From an uncultured virus (IMG/VR IMGVR_UViG_3300025009_000079) (taxonomy: Duplodnaviria > Heunggongvirae > Uroviricota > Caudoviricetes), in the IMG/VR virus record IMGVR_UViG_3300025009_000079: 64,000 nt of DNA. One strand, given 5' to 3'. Of the stretch, positions 1 to 9,938 are shown in pieces. A model generated the notes under the pieces. It made no database searches, had not been told where the DNA came from, and saw nothing but the letters and a program-made list of their open reading frames with translations. Every line of letters begins with the position of its first letter. Within the stretch, counting starts at the first letter, position 1. The position numbers were made by a program, and so were the translations under genes.

Positions 1-193
1 CTCCACGGAAGAGTTCCCCCATGCGTCCACGGAAGAGTTCTCCCTTGCCACCACGGAAGAGTTCTCCCTTGCCACCACGAAAGAGTTCCCCCTTGCCTCC
101 ACGGAAGAGTTCTCCCATGCCACCACGGAAGAGTTCTCCCTTGCCACCACGGAAGAGTTCTCCCTTGCCACCACGGAAGAGTTCCCCCTTGCC
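1..193. repeat. 24-bp tandem repeat (ccacggaagagttctcccttgcca), about 8 copies, coding
   Basis: Directly visible, no spacers. Confidence 0.95.
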
Positions 194-303
194 CGTTGAA
201 CAATTATCCTGACCGACGCCTTAATTTCAATCTTGGTGTAATTGTCGAATCGCTCGGGCAGTGAGTCTAATTCACTTTGATTTGTAACTACGATTGTTTT
301 CAC
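1..303 (-). CDS. Octapeptide-repeat (ARENSSVV) beta-solenoid-like phage protein, runs off the window edge
   Basis: Not in the ORF track. GTG at 303 after a G-rich SD; reads MKTIVVTNQSELDSLPERFDNYTKIEIKASVRIIVQRARGNSSVVARENSSVVARENSSVVAWENSSVE. Confidence 0.75.
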   Translation of the reverse strand, partial: MKTIVVTNQSELDSLPERFDNYTKIEIKASVRIIVQRARGNSSVVARENSSVVARENSSVVAWENSSVEARGNSFVVARENSSVVARENSSVDAWGNSSVE

Positions 304-460
304 GATTTCCCCCCCCCTCCACAAAAGTCTTGTACTCCGCAATGATTCTTCTGATCTCTGCCGCCATGGAAGTACCACCCGTTTTCGCTCGTTTCATGAG
401 CCACTTTTTCAGGTCTTTGGGAAGATAAAGTTCCGTTCTTTCCATTGTGTTCTTGCCCAC
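272..460 (-). CDS. Ribbon-helix-helix (Arc/CopG-like) DNA-binding protein
   Basis: RTELYLPKDLKKWL...SMAAEIRRII pattern; SD upstream. Confidence 0.7.
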   Translation of the reverse strand: MGKNTMERTELYLPKDLKKWLMKRAKTGGTSMAAEIRRIIAEYKTFVEGGGNRENNRSYKSK

Positions 461-525
461 ATAATCACCTCCCTTCCTTGTACGGTTGCGTATACGGTAA
501 CATCTGGCAAAAAGAGAGTCAACAA

Positions 526-732
526 CTATTTCCGCTTCTTCCCAAACCTCTCAGCGTCGAACCCATCCCGCCCCTCGTTGACTGCGCGTTGAACCTGGTC
601 CTCGTACAGCCTAAGCTCGCGGTAGGCGCGGTCGTATTCATTCTGCGCTCGAAAGAGGTCTGCCCTTTTGTCTCCCAGATCACGACGCATGTTTTCCAGG
701 CACTTTTGATGCCATTCAATCGGATGCTTCAT
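526..732 (-). CDS. Hypothetical protein (coiled coil)
   Basis: ORF with SD-like purine run in a minus-strand operon. Confidence 0.6.
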   Translation of the reverse strand: MKHPIEWHQKCLENMRRDLGDKRADLFRAQNEYDRAYRELRLYEDQVQRAVNEGRDGFDAERFGKKRK

Positions 733-887
733 TTCTTATCCTTTCCTGATTCTTTCCTTGATCGCCGCAACAACAATATCAATGATCCGATGCGCGTCCG
801 AGTCAATGTAACCAAGCGTGCCTAAGCCATCGCAGATCTTGAGGCACCGTTCGCGTTCAAGGCTACGAACTTCCTTTGCGATATCAA

Positions 888-1187
888 CTAGTTCTCCTCG
901 ATTATGGCAACATTGACAGCCTTCATATTTGGCACACTGTCAATAAGGCTCTTCCGGATGAAGTCACCCGCTCCCTTGGCAAGCTCAATCTCGAAAATCT
1001 TGGCGCTCAGGATGTCGCTTTGAGCCTTCACCTTATCGAGTTTGTCCAGAAGCCATTCCGAATTTTCGTCCCACCCGATTTCGTCCATGCACTCCATGGC
1101 TTCGGGTGCATACTCGCCTTCGTACCGTTCTACTCGCTGTGCGAAAATCACATAAAGTCTCATCGTCGCTCTTTTCATCGCCCCCAT
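888..1187 (-). CDS. Hypothetical protein
   Basis: Globular acidic composition, operon context. Confidence 0.6.
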   Translation of the reverse strand: MGAMKRATMRLYVIFAQRVERYEGEYAPEAMECMDEIGWDENSEWLLDKLDKVKAQSDILSAKIFEIELAKGAGDFIRKSLIDSVPNMKAVNVAIIEEN

Positions 1188-1384
1188 GTGCGCTGAGGCT
1201 TATTCACCCCTCAAGCTCTCCACATAGGATCGTCCAGGCGAGAGCCATGTAGATCCCCCATTTCTGAGCCAATCTCTCAACCTCGTATTGCGGCGGCATG
1301 CCGAAAGGTTGCCGATGAGCCGCACCCTGCCGATAACGAACACTTTTGTTCGCTATTCCACCAGCCCCGCAGGGGGAGCCAACA

Positions 1385-1621
1385 TCACGATTGACCATCC
1401 ATTGCGTGTTTTACGGTTGGGCATAGCCTGTCGGTGTTGTAGTTCCACCATCGCAACAACTTCTCCATCTCTGGTGGCCAATAAAACTGGACGGGACCGA
1501 AGTCTCTAAGCGTCTCAGAAAACCCATCTGGATGATAATAGATGGCGTACCATCGTCCGTTAAAAGTGACGAGGTTGATGGGCTTGTCTTCTCCCCACGA
1601 CCACCCTGGCTTGTTTTTCAT
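1385..1621 (-). CDS. Hypothetical protein
   Basis: Operon context. Confidence 0.5.
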   Translation of the reverse strand: MKNKPGWSWGEDKPINLVTFNGRWYAIYYHPDGFSETLRDFGPVQFYWPPEMEKLLRWWNYNTDRLCPTVKHAMDGQS

Positions 1622-1624
1622 TGA

Positions 1625-1999
1625 CTATCCGCACCGCAAGCAGTGCCCGCAACCCGGACAGGGCCGCTTCACATCATCCAATACCTCACCGCATCTATCA
1701 CACCGCTCGAGTCTTATCTCCGTGTGGCGCTCGCCGTAGTAGGGGTGGCGCCGGTCAAGCTGCGGGTGGGGTACTGTGTAGGGTTTCTGGTCTTCCATGT
1801 CATTCTCCCGACTGGGCGCGCTGGTAACTCGCCTTTGTGCATGACGGCACGTAGCGTTATCTCTAAATATCAATCGTTCAGACGGATCTCCGTTCAATGC
1901 ACAAGCCATCACCATGGCTTCATCTAGGGTTTTTGCGTGGACCGCAATACCCTCGGCCATTAGCCGACCTTTTCTGATCCGGTCGAAATTCCACCGCAT
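1625..1999 (-). CDS. Hypothetical protein with C-terminal zinc ribbon
   Basis: CDRC..CPGCGHCLRC; GGAG SD. Confidence 0.55.
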   Translation of the reverse strand: MRWNFDRIRKGRLMAEGIAVHAKTLDEAMVMACALNGDPSERLIFRDNATCRHAQRRVTSAPSRENDMEDQKPYTVPHPQLDRRHPYYGERHTEIRLERCDRCGEVLDDVKRPCPGCGHCLRCG

Positions 2000-2096
2000 A
2001 TCATCTCCTGCCTAATCTTCGTCATCTTCCTCGAATTGGTCACAATCGCAAGACGGCGCTCCACCCTCAGATTCTAGCCGTCGAGGGCAATGATTT

Positions 2097-2693
2097 TCAC
2101 ACCAGTGCTGTCGTGTGCATGGTTCGTGTTTTTCGTTGACCATCTCGCCCATTCTCATCCTCCCGCCGACTGAGTGCGCCGATAACTCGGCCTGGTGCGC
2201 TCTCGTCCCATCCGATAGACTCATCGCCCATGTGGTGCTTACGATAGGCCATCTGAGTGGCGTTCAGGAGTTGATAGTTGCGCTGTTCGACTTCATGCGC
2301 CACGGCGAGCCACCCTCGTTGCATGGCTGGCTTCAGCTCGTCGAACTTCAAGCGCTGGTAGCACTCGGGGACCACCTCCGCAATTTGGTAGCGGTAGGTT
2401 TCGTACATGGCCGTGGCAACTTCTCGACTCGATTCTTCCGCCGAGCCTATTGTGGGCCACTTGGGACCGACACGAACGCCTTCAACGATCCTGGATTGCT
2501 CAAACCATGCGTCGTATTCGACTTGCGGCATATCTTCAGGCAGTTCGTCCTCGTAAGACCATCCTTTCGGGTCGCAGCATGTTTCCCAATTAAAACGCTT
2601 TTCTCCGCACTCGAGACACTTCACGAGTATGCCGCGCTTTTCCATGATTCGCATGTTTCTGACGAGCTTCCTAAAATTATAGTTCCGAGTCAT
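2097..2693 (-). CDS. Hypothetical protein
   Basis: ORF with GGAGG SD before MTRNYNF; the 3' end may be frameshifted. Confidence 0.5.
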   Translation of the reverse strand: MTRNYNFRKLVRNMRIMEKRGILVKCLECGEKRFNWETCCDPKGWSYEDELPEDMPQVEYDAWFEQSRIVEGVRVGPKWPTIGSAEESSREVATAMYETYRYQIAEVVPECYQRLKFDELKPAMQRGWLAVAHEVEQRNYQLLNATQMAYRKHHMGDESIGWDESAPGRVIGALSRREDENGRDGQRKTRTMHTTALV

Positions 2694-2916
2694 GGGTTTC
2701 ACCTCCATCCGCTTCCATCTCACCAAAGACTAGCCCACCATTGACCCAACCACCTAAGTGGGTCGTGTAGAGCCAATCCGATTCCAAAGCCGGTTATCAG
2801 TAGCAAAAACTCATCCAGTGACATGCTTTCCCTCCCTTTCGTTCTGTTTCTTGCTGTTTTCCATCCGGATCCTGATCGTGCAGACCCGACCCTTGCTTGC
2901 CACGATTCTCCCCTCC

Positions 2917-3197
2917 TCATCTACGTTGCCACTCGCTTGCCTTGTTTTTGCGCCTGTTCTCCGTGGTGCAAGGGATGCACTGATACGCCAGCCCGAATTT
3001 GTTTGCCGGTGTCCTGGGGAAATGCTCGGACGTGAAGGGCTTCTTCTCTTTGCATATATCACAGATATGGACTTCAGGCTTCTCGGTGTACCTGCCCTTG
3101 CTCTTTGGATCTGCTCGGTTCTGTTTGCCATTGGATGCGGTCCTTGTAATGGCTGAGTCGGGACACTTGAGACAGTAGGAATAGTCAGCGACATCCC
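2917..3197 (-). CDS. Zinc-finger protein resembling the non-catalytic N-terminus of phage HNH/EndoVII proteins
   Basis: CDICKEKKPFTSEHF...GLAYQCIPC; start approximate. Confidence 0.5.
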
Positions 3198-3441
3198 CGC
3201 CTGGAACCGTGCCCTTTTCGGCCTGTCTGATCCTGGCGGCGCAGGGCGGCACGAATGATCGAGTATTTCACTTCGGGCAATGGAAGAGTGCTTGCGTGGC
3301 TAGTCTATTCATCGTTTCACCACCCGGGTGTTCGCCCCTTCCCGCGCCATTTGGCATAGGCCGGCGACGAGAAAGCCGACGAATGTTCCGACAAATAGTC
3401 CGACTCCAAAAGCAATCCAGATCATTCCGATTCCTCCATCA

Positions 3442-3657
3442 CTACCAATCTCCCCCGTCATTGGGGATATCAACTGAATCCACCAGATAATCCGGATCAA
3501 CGCCGTCCGTGGACAACATTGCGCGCTCTCCGAGATCATTCTTCTTCATCACGCACAGCGTCCCATTGGCCGAAAACAGCCACAATGTATCGGGCCATTT
3601 CTTGGCGATTCGCTTCAAAGAGCGGATTGCCGCCGCCTCTTCCTTTGTCGGATTCAT
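3442..3657 (-). CDS. Hypothetical protein
   Basis: MNPTKEE start after GGAGG. Confidence 0.55.
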   Translation of the reverse strand: MNPTKEEAAAIRSLKRIAKKWPDTLWLFSANGTLCVMKKNDLGERAMLSTDGVDPDYLVDSVDIPNDGGDW

Positions 3658-4067
3658 TTTCTGCCTCCCCCATGACTTATCAAAAAGCTCCTCGGCCAAA
3701 CCGCATTCCACGGTGTTCCTTACAGTGGTCCGCGCAACGATAGCATCCATTGTGGTCCGTGAGATTGCCGCATCCAGGAAGAAGGCATTTGTGCTTGGGA
3801 CGATTCACTCTGTATCTACGCGGCAAACAGGAGTGAATAATCGAGCCAATGTCAAAGATGTCATAAATGATACGGCTACCTCGATTCCTAAACAGAAAGA
3901 CCTCATCTTCCACCTTTATCTTCTCCCTTCCCACCATTCCCCAAGTCGAGCCGCGCAGTCAACGAGCACGCCCAGGGCCACGAGCAGACCCGCGATGATC
4001 ATCCCGACGAGCAGACAAAACCACACGAGATCCCATCCTTGCAGGTTTTCCATGATGGCCCCCCTCG

Positions 4068-4322
4068 TTACCCTTCCACAAACACGCGATCTTGACCGGC
4101 CACGCCGGGCGGCGTAATCTCCCGAATCTCACCCAGTTCCACGAGCCGGTCAATGTAGGCTATCATCATCCAAGAATCCCCCGCGATGCCCTTGCAGGCG
4201 TTCATGATCTTGAATGCTCCCGCTTCCTCAAGCAACTTGTGGGCTCGATCCCTAACCTTAAGAAAGTCTCGCTGCGCCTCTTCCGTGAAAAGCCTTGGTT
4301 TGATTTCTTTATATTGGTACAT
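4068..4322 (-). CDS. Hypothetical protein (possible winged helix)
   Basis: First gene of the leftward operon; IDRLVELGEIREI. Confidence 0.6.
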   Translation of the reverse strand: MYQYKEIKPRLFTEEAQRDFLKVRDRAHKLLEEAGAFKIMNACKGIAGDSWMMIAYIDRLVELGEIREITPPGVAGQDRVFVEG

Positions 4323-4760
4323 GGTTTCCCTTTGATCCCTCCTTGAGGAAGCCCGGCCAGGAAGGAGGGGACCTGACCGGGCGTTTGCCCCTGAGTGCTC
4401 GCGGGGGCGACGAGACCGGTTACTCGCTTCCGGCAGCCATTTCCATCAGGCGGGTTATGCGGCCATTGTGAGCGCCGCATCTACACAATACCCAATGTAG
4501 ACTTAGGCCGACCTATACCGGGAGCCTCATTCGTGCGGTCGGTCACACTGTCGAGGCCCCCCGCCCCATTATTGCGAGGCGCTCAGGTTTCCTTAATCGG
4601 CCCTTTCGAGCCGGTTGTTTTCGACTGGAAGATCTGCCCCCTGGTGATACTACCCACGTCCCGAGTTTTCGCCGCTCGCGCGGAGGCGGTCATTTTTTCA
4701 TGCTCGGCCTTCCAGGCATTTTAACGGCCCTCTCGAGCCGGTGTTTTCAATGGTAGGTAA

Positions 4761-4838
4761 AGAATCGGCGAAAATTCCGGGTATGTCAAGCACAAAATGA
4801 AAGATTTTTATTGCAATTCTGAAATACTTTGATACGAT
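4761..4838. promoter_or_regulatory. Divergent sigma70-like promoters
   Basis: Minus: TTGACA-17-GATTCT; plus: TTGCAA-16-TACGAT with extended TG. Confidence 0.6.
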
Positions 4839-4867
4839 GTCTTCACGTCATTTTAAAAGGGGAAGGC

Positions 4868-5065
4868 ATGTTTCGAGAACCACGGAAGGAAGATATTGCA
4901 CGAGCGCTTGGCATCTCGCCAGTGACGCTCTGGCGCTACGAGTCGGGGCGGTCGGAATGGCCCGCGAAACTGGCGCGGGAGTATGCCAGGATTACGAGAA
5001 AGAAGTTGAGTGAGGTACTGGAAGAAAAGGGGGATTCCAATGCAAGACATCCAGGAGATGGTTGA
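4868..5065 (+). CDS. XRE/Cro-like HTH regulator
   Basis: EDIARALGISPVTLWRYESGR. Confidence 0.8.
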   Translation: MFREPRKEDIARALGISPVTLWRYESGRSEWPAKLAREYARITRKKLSEVLEEKGDSNARHPGDG

Positions 5066-5339
5066 TTTGCTGGAAAAGGAGGGATGCAATCCAGTTCGGT
5101 CGGAGCTTGGTGGAGAATCATTCCAACGCAAGATCCAGTTCTCTGCATGTGGGGTTGACCATTACATTGAATGGTGGTCCAACACAGCCTACCTGACTAT
5201 CGGTGATTTGTATTCGAACTACATCCCCTTTGACAAGCTGTCTGTCGATGTTGCTTGGCCGTCATGTCGTCGCGGGCTTCGATTCAGTGAGGGTGATCGG
5301 TTCATTGTCGTGGCTACCAAGAAGCTTGACTGGCAATAG
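5040..5339 (+). CDS. Hypothetical protein
   Basis: SD GGGGG, follows the HTH gene. Confidence 0.6.
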   Translation: MQDIQEMVDLLEKEGCNPVRSELGGESFQRKIQFSACGVDHYIEWWSNTAYLTIGDLYSNYIPFDKLSVDVAWPSCRRGLRFSEGDRFIVVATKKLDWQ

Positions 5340-5632
5340 AGCGGGTTGAGCCCGGAAGGGTTCCCCAATAAAATCAACGTGGTGCACAACAAGGAGACTG
5401 AGCGATGAACTGGAAAGCCAGGGACCACCCCGGAACGGTCGGAACATAATCCGCGGAAGCGGATACTTCCGAAGAATCTTGCAAGTAGGTCAAATTTGTG
5501 CTTCGAAGTACCGGCCGGCCGCCGTATCGGTTGATGGGGCTGTGTCAGACGAGCAGCTTGGCGGCTGGTCGTGCAGTAAATCTATGTAAAGGCATTGGGA
5601 GCTTCGGGTTGTCCGAATGTCTCCCCGACAAA

Positions 5633-5920
5633 TCACGAGCTCTTGAGCATCACATTGACGGGGCCAAGCGTAAATGCACCAGTTGGAACACCAGCTCGGT
5701 ACTCGCTACGAGTTGAATCATTCAACCGCTTGGAGCATGGAATTGTGATTGTGTCATCGGCCGTTGGCACCCATTCCGTCTCTCCGTCCGGCCTGGTTTG
5801 GAGAATCACGCCAGCCGTAAACGAACCCCATACCGTCAACGTCCCTCCATGGATTCCCATTCGGATTGGATCGGTCCACTGATTTTCGGCCGTGATCTCC
5901 TTGTTTACCGTTCTTCCCAT
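5633..5920 (-). CDS. Putative small virion beta protein
   Basis: Coupled end of the structural operon. Confidence 0.55.
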   Translation of the reverse strand: MGRTVNKEITAENQWTDPIRMGIHGGTLTVWGSFTAGVILQTRPDGETEWVPTADDTITIPCSKRLNDSTRSEYRAGVPTGAFTLGPVNVMLKSS

Positions 5921-6123
5921 TATGGTCCTCCAATCACGGGTTGTAGAATGTTTTCCATCATCCCACTGAGTATATTCCTCAAGATGTAGACCTGTCCCGA
6001 TCCAGGCGTGGTTGCCCCCAACGTGTCAAGTAGCCCATAAGTAGAAAACAACGCAGCCCGCTCGGACGCCGGGATGCCTGGCGTCGAATACGAGCCGAGG
6101 CTGACCACGGAAAACCAGTCCAC
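5920..6123 (-). CDS. Hypothetical protein
   Basis: Stop/start coupling on both sides. Confidence 0.55.
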   Translation of the reverse strand: MDWFSVVSLGSYSTPGIPASERAALFSTYGLLDTLGATTPGSGQVYILRNILSGMMENILQPVIGGP

Positions 6124-6653
6124 TAGAGTCCTCCCATCCAGGTCATGTCATTCACGGTTTGCCGGTCTTTCGTGGCCCACCTTTTCAGGCGTTGCCATTT
6201 CGTTTGCTTGGCCTTCATGGCCCCCCTGGTTTTCTCGCGCAGCAATGCCGCCGTACTCTTGAGCTGCCTATCCTTCTTTTCAATGACGGCGGAAAGCTCA
6301 ACGGCCAAATCCTCCGCATCAGTCACATAGCCTGCTATTCCTCGGTTAGTTGCTCCCTCAAGCTGCTTCGCAAACTGGATTCTTTGCTCTCGATCCATTT
6401 CAAGCACGATTCGCAGCATGTCATGAGTGATCGCAGTGCCGGCTTTGTCAATGCCGCAACCGCAAGGGCATTTGTCAATAGGGTAAGTTTTGCCATTGGC
6501 TACCTCCATGAAAAAGAGCTGGATTCCAACATCAATAGTTTCGGCATTGACTCCGCGCTTGGCTGCCTCTTTCTTTACCCAAGCGATGGATCGCTCCACC
6601 GTGTGTCCGTCAGCCGTGTAAGGCTCGAAGAGTTTTTCATAGTCGAGAAGCAT
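6123..6653 (-). CDS. Hypothetical protein
   Basis: Translational coupling. Confidence 0.65.
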   Translation of the reverse strand: MLLDYEKLFEPYTADGHTVERSIAWVKKEAAKRGVNAETIDVGIQLFFMEVANGKTYPIDKCPCGCGIDKAGTAITHDMLRIVLEMDREQRIQFAKQLEGATNRGIAGYVTDAEDLAVELSAVIEKKDRQLKSTAALLREKTRGAMKAKQTKWQRLKRWATKDRQTVNDMTWMGGL

Positions 6654-8881
6654 CAGATCACCATCCTTTTTCGAGTGGTGAATGTTCCATCCGAGGAGAA
6701 GGCCGCAGCGATTGAGCCGAGGGAAGCTCCAACATCCGAGAACTGCTCCGTGGCTCCATCGGCTTCAGTAACAATCATTTTGTTAATCAGGGCAATCGCC
6801 ATCTTAACCACATAATATGCCATCTTTCCAGAGGTTGCAGCGGAAAGTTCATCCAGGTTTCCGGCTCGCGTTGCCGTAAGCCGCGTTTCCAGATCGTCCA
6901 CAAGGTTGTCAATGACCGTGAGTACATCTGGAATAGTGGTCCCGGTGTCTTCAAGGATTAATGCCAGGTGGCTCCCTGCCGCTTCAATCGCTGTCTTAAT
7001 CTCGGCAGATGTCGGGATGTCGGTAATCGCCATGTCGAGGAAGGCTGCCTTGGCATTTGTCCACACGGCGTCACTCAGGGCCGTTGCCGCAAGGGCCGCA
7101 TTATCGGTGCCCCTCATGTCCGTGTTGGTCGTACACACGTCGATGGTTCCAGTGATGTCGGCAACGATGTCTCCTGTTGCGCCAACGACCACAAGGCCGT
7201 TTCCGGCAGAGGAATTGACATTGACCGCATGGCTTCCAGCCGTGGCGGATATTGCACTCCCGTTGGTGCTGTTAAGTCTCAAGGCATGACTATTCCCGGT
7301 TCCTGTCCCTTGCAGATCTACGGCGATCCCGCCGGCATCCGAATTGGTGACTGCCATGGACTTCATTGTCAGGGTTGCCGCAGCTCCTCCGTGAGCCCCG
7401 TTTCCAAGCAAGACGGTATCCGTGGCAGGGTCGAAGTAATCGGCGGTGGGTTTTGTTCTAGCTTCAAACTCCGCCACCGTTGGAACATCGGCAACGGCAG
7501 TCGCAAGAGCCCCAATCTCTGTGTCTACTGCCGCCAAAATAGCCGCCACCTCCGTGTCAATATACCCTGCCACGGTCGCCAAGTTTGCGGCGGTAGCCAA
7601 TGCCGATGCGGTGATTGCATCCTGAGCTTCCGACTGAATTGCTCCGAGCGCCGTGGCATTCCAAGATGTCGTACCATCGCTCTTTGGCACTTTATCTAGT
7701 TCTGACTGAGTGGCGAGGAGACTTTTGATATCACTCGAACAGGTCACATTGAACGTGAGGACGCCATCCGACTTCGGAACCTTGGCAAGTTCACTCGTTA
7801 GAGCTGCAACCTCAGTGTCCAGAAGGTCATCTATCGTATCCACGCTTGTTTGCGTTGCCCTGCTTGAAACCGTGGCATTAATGTTGTCACCAAGAATCTT
7901 TCCAGCCGTGCCCGCACCGTATGCCCCAGGGATGGTGGTTGCCCATGGATCTCCGGCAGAACCAGCCGCATTAAGAGCATTACCCGTGCTTCCCGCTCCA
8001 AGATGGCCAGAGAGAATTTCATCCCATACGGCATCTGCTATTCCAGCTTCGGTGAGAGCCGAACCTCCAGCATTGTCGGCAATCTCCTTTACGACCGAAC
8101 CGGCAACCGCCGCCGCATAGGTTGTCGCACTGTCGGTATTGAAAAGGTCCGCAAGTGCCGTGGCTTGAATTTCGTCCACGGATACGTTTGCAACCGCCGT
8201 GTCAAGTTCCGCCTTGGTTGGCGGGTCATAGGCCACCAGTGCATCATTGCATTCACTTTGAATCGCGGCAAGGGCAGTGGCGTTCCAACTGCTTGCTCCG
8301 TCACTTTTCGGAACCTTAGCAAGTTCGGCGGCTGTCGCAAGAGCAGTCAGGCCGGCTCCGGCAGCCCCGATATCATCAGTCTGTGCCTCGATATCCACAA
8401 GGTTCCCAGCAACCGTTGCTCCACTGCCAAGGTCAGATGGGGTTCCAATGCGCGATTCCAAGTCGTCAACCAGCGTCTCGATGGCACTCAGTCCATACGT
8501 GGCGTTCTTGAGCAGAGCCAGCGCACCCCCACTCCGCTCGATGGAGAAAGCCCCAACCCAAGCATTGACCGTGGCGCCGTCAACCGTGGTCCCCTCAACT
8601 CGGACCTGATACTCCCCGGCGGCAACCCAAAACCCGGCAACGGTGTTGTCGGAGGTATCCAGCGCAATCAAGTGGTTTCCGGTAATCCCATCGTAATCCA
8701 CGCTCATTGTAACGCCAGCAGCATTGTTTCGCTGAGTAGTGCCGCCATTCTTGTGGACGTGGACATCAGTGTTGACGAGGTTTGTGATGGTTACGCTCGC
8801 GCTCGGATCATCCGAAGAAAACGTGTTGAACGGAATATAGACCGTTGCGCCGGTTGGAAAATCTCCAAAGTATGAAACCAT
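6653..8881 (-). CDS. Ala/Thr/Asp-rich fibre-like virion protein
   Basis: 742 aa; internal VPKSDG repeats, IADAVWDE motif, tail region. Confidence 0.7.
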   Translation of the reverse strand: MVSYFGDFPTGATVYIPFNTFSSDDPSASVTITNLVNTDVHVHKNGGTTQRNNAAGVTMSVDYDGITGNHLIALDTSDNTVAGFWVAAGEYQVRVEGTTVDGATVNAWVGAFSIERSGGALALLKNATYGLSAIETLVDDLESRIGTPSDLGSGATVAGNLVDIEAQTDDIGAAGAGLTALATAAELAKVPKSDGASSWNATALAAIQSECNDALVAYDPPTKAELDTAVANVSVDEIQATALADLFNTDSATTYAAAVAGSVVKEIADNAGGSALTEAGIADAVWDEILSGHLGAGSTGNALNAAGSAGDPWATTIPGAYGAGTAGKILGDNINATVSSRATQTSVDTIDDLLDTEVAALTSELAKVPKSDGVLTFNVTCSSDIKSLLATQSELDKVPKSDGTTSWNATALGAIQSEAQDAITASALATAANLATVAGYIDTEVAAILAAVDTEIGALATAVADVPTVAEFEARTKPTADYFDPATDTVLLGNGAHGGAAATLTMKSMAVTNSDAGGIAVDLQGTGTGNSHALRLNSTNGSAISATAGSHAVNVNSSAGNGLVVVGATGDIVADITGTIDVCTTNTDMRGTDNAALAATALSDAVWTNAKAAFLDMAITDIPTSAEIKTAIEAAGSHLALILEDTGTTIPDVLTVIDNLVDDLETRLTATRAGNLDELSAATSGKMAYYVVKMAIALINKMIVTEADGATEQFSDVGASLGSIAAAFSSDGTFTTRKRMVI

Positions 8882-9591
8882 TATAACGGTCCTCCGAATG
8901 GTCCTGAAAAGGGTCTATGGAATGGATTGTGAATGCCTGTCGTCGCCCCGCCCGCCGCAGCGCCCTTAATCTCTATCCCTGCAATCGTCCAATCCTGGCC
9001 GTCCGGAACGGTCATGCCGATAGCTTTGTTGCCCGCTGCGCCAGCATCGGGATAATAGCCCCCAAATACACCGTAATTGGAATTATCACCAGGGAATCCG
9101 GTCATTGGGGTAAAGGAACCAATGGTCGTATTGGCGGTCTGAGTCCCGGTTCTTGCGTTCCAATCGGATACAATCATTACAATGGCAGAGTTTGCCGCCA
9201 CACTGGACAGTGTTACTGCTGGATCGCCAGACGAACCAGCTGTTTGGTTTTTTGCCCCTATGCCATCAGAACCCCTGAAATGGTAAACGCAGCCACCAAA
9301 ATGAGGGATTGTATTATTGAGCGTAACCGCTACGGTTAATGACTCATTCCCTGTGCATGTATATGTCCAAACTGCTATGTGAGAAAGACCTACGTTTAAA
9401 TACTGAGAAACCCAAGATGACGATCCGTTTTCAGTTATTCCAAGGATGTCTTCGCCTTCAGTTGCCGCCATGCCAACAAGTATGTCCCCAGCCTGTATCG
9501 ACACGGCAGACATGAGTGTTTTTGTCGCGGGATTGGCGTTTGTCCAATTCGCCGACTCATACTTATTTACAAGTGTTGGTGCAGTTGCCAT
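8881..9591 (-). CDS. Putative virion beta-sandwich protein
   Basis: Thr/Gly/Ala-rich, coupled to neighbour. Confidence 0.65.
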   Translation of the reverse strand: MATAPTLVNKYESANWTNANPATKTLMSAVSIQAGDILVGMAATEGEDILGITENGSSSWVSQYLNVGLSHIAVWTYTCTGNESLTVAVTLNNTIPHFGGCVYHFRGSDGIGAKNQTAGSSGDPAVTLSSVAANSAIVMIVSDWNARTGTQTANTTIGSFTPMTGFPGDNSNYGVFGGYYPDAGAAGNKAIGMTVPDGQDWTIAGIEIKGAAAGGATTGIHNPFHRPFSGPFGGPL

Positions 9592-9592
9592 A

Positions 9593-9889
9593 CTAGATCA
9601 CCAAGACTTGGACGAGAGGTTCAATGTACTGAGCAGGTTTATCCGTACTCAGAAGAGTCTGCTTTTGATACCCGAGATACATATTCTCGAAAGCGAGACA
9701 TGCCGCTCGAATTGCGTAGATATCGTTGGCGTCGTAGCCATAACCGGTCAAATCCTGGTCGGTTAAAGTCGCAAAGTAGCTATACATGCGATGCCACCGT
9801 TGCGCGATTCGGAACGTGTCGTTGGCAACCGTGGTCAACTCGCGGTCCAGATCTGTTTTTGCCGGCTTTGAAATATTTAGCATTTGCAT
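9593..9889 (-). CDS. Hypothetical protein
   Basis: Operon context. Confidence 0.6.
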   Translation of the reverse strand: MQMLNISKPAKTDLDRELTTVANDTFRIAQRWHRMYSYFATLTDQDLTGYGYDANDIYAIRAACLAFENMYLGYQKQTLLSTDKPAQYIEPLVQVLVI

Positions 9890-9938
9890 TTTCCTTTCCT
9901 AAAGTTTCTTCCACGTCGTTACTCGCTTAACAGCCCAA

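Noticed and set aside
21..212. Plus-strand PPRKSSPL repeat ORF, or a CRISPR array
   Set aside because: Shadow of the minus-strand ARENSSVV gene; the repeats abut with no spacers.
4340..5632. tRNA genes in the structured intergenic regions
   Set aside because: No cloverleaf with a T-loop consensus could be identified by eye.
6906..8875. Long plus-strand ORFs opposite the 742-aa gene
   Set aside because: Shadow frames with biased composition.
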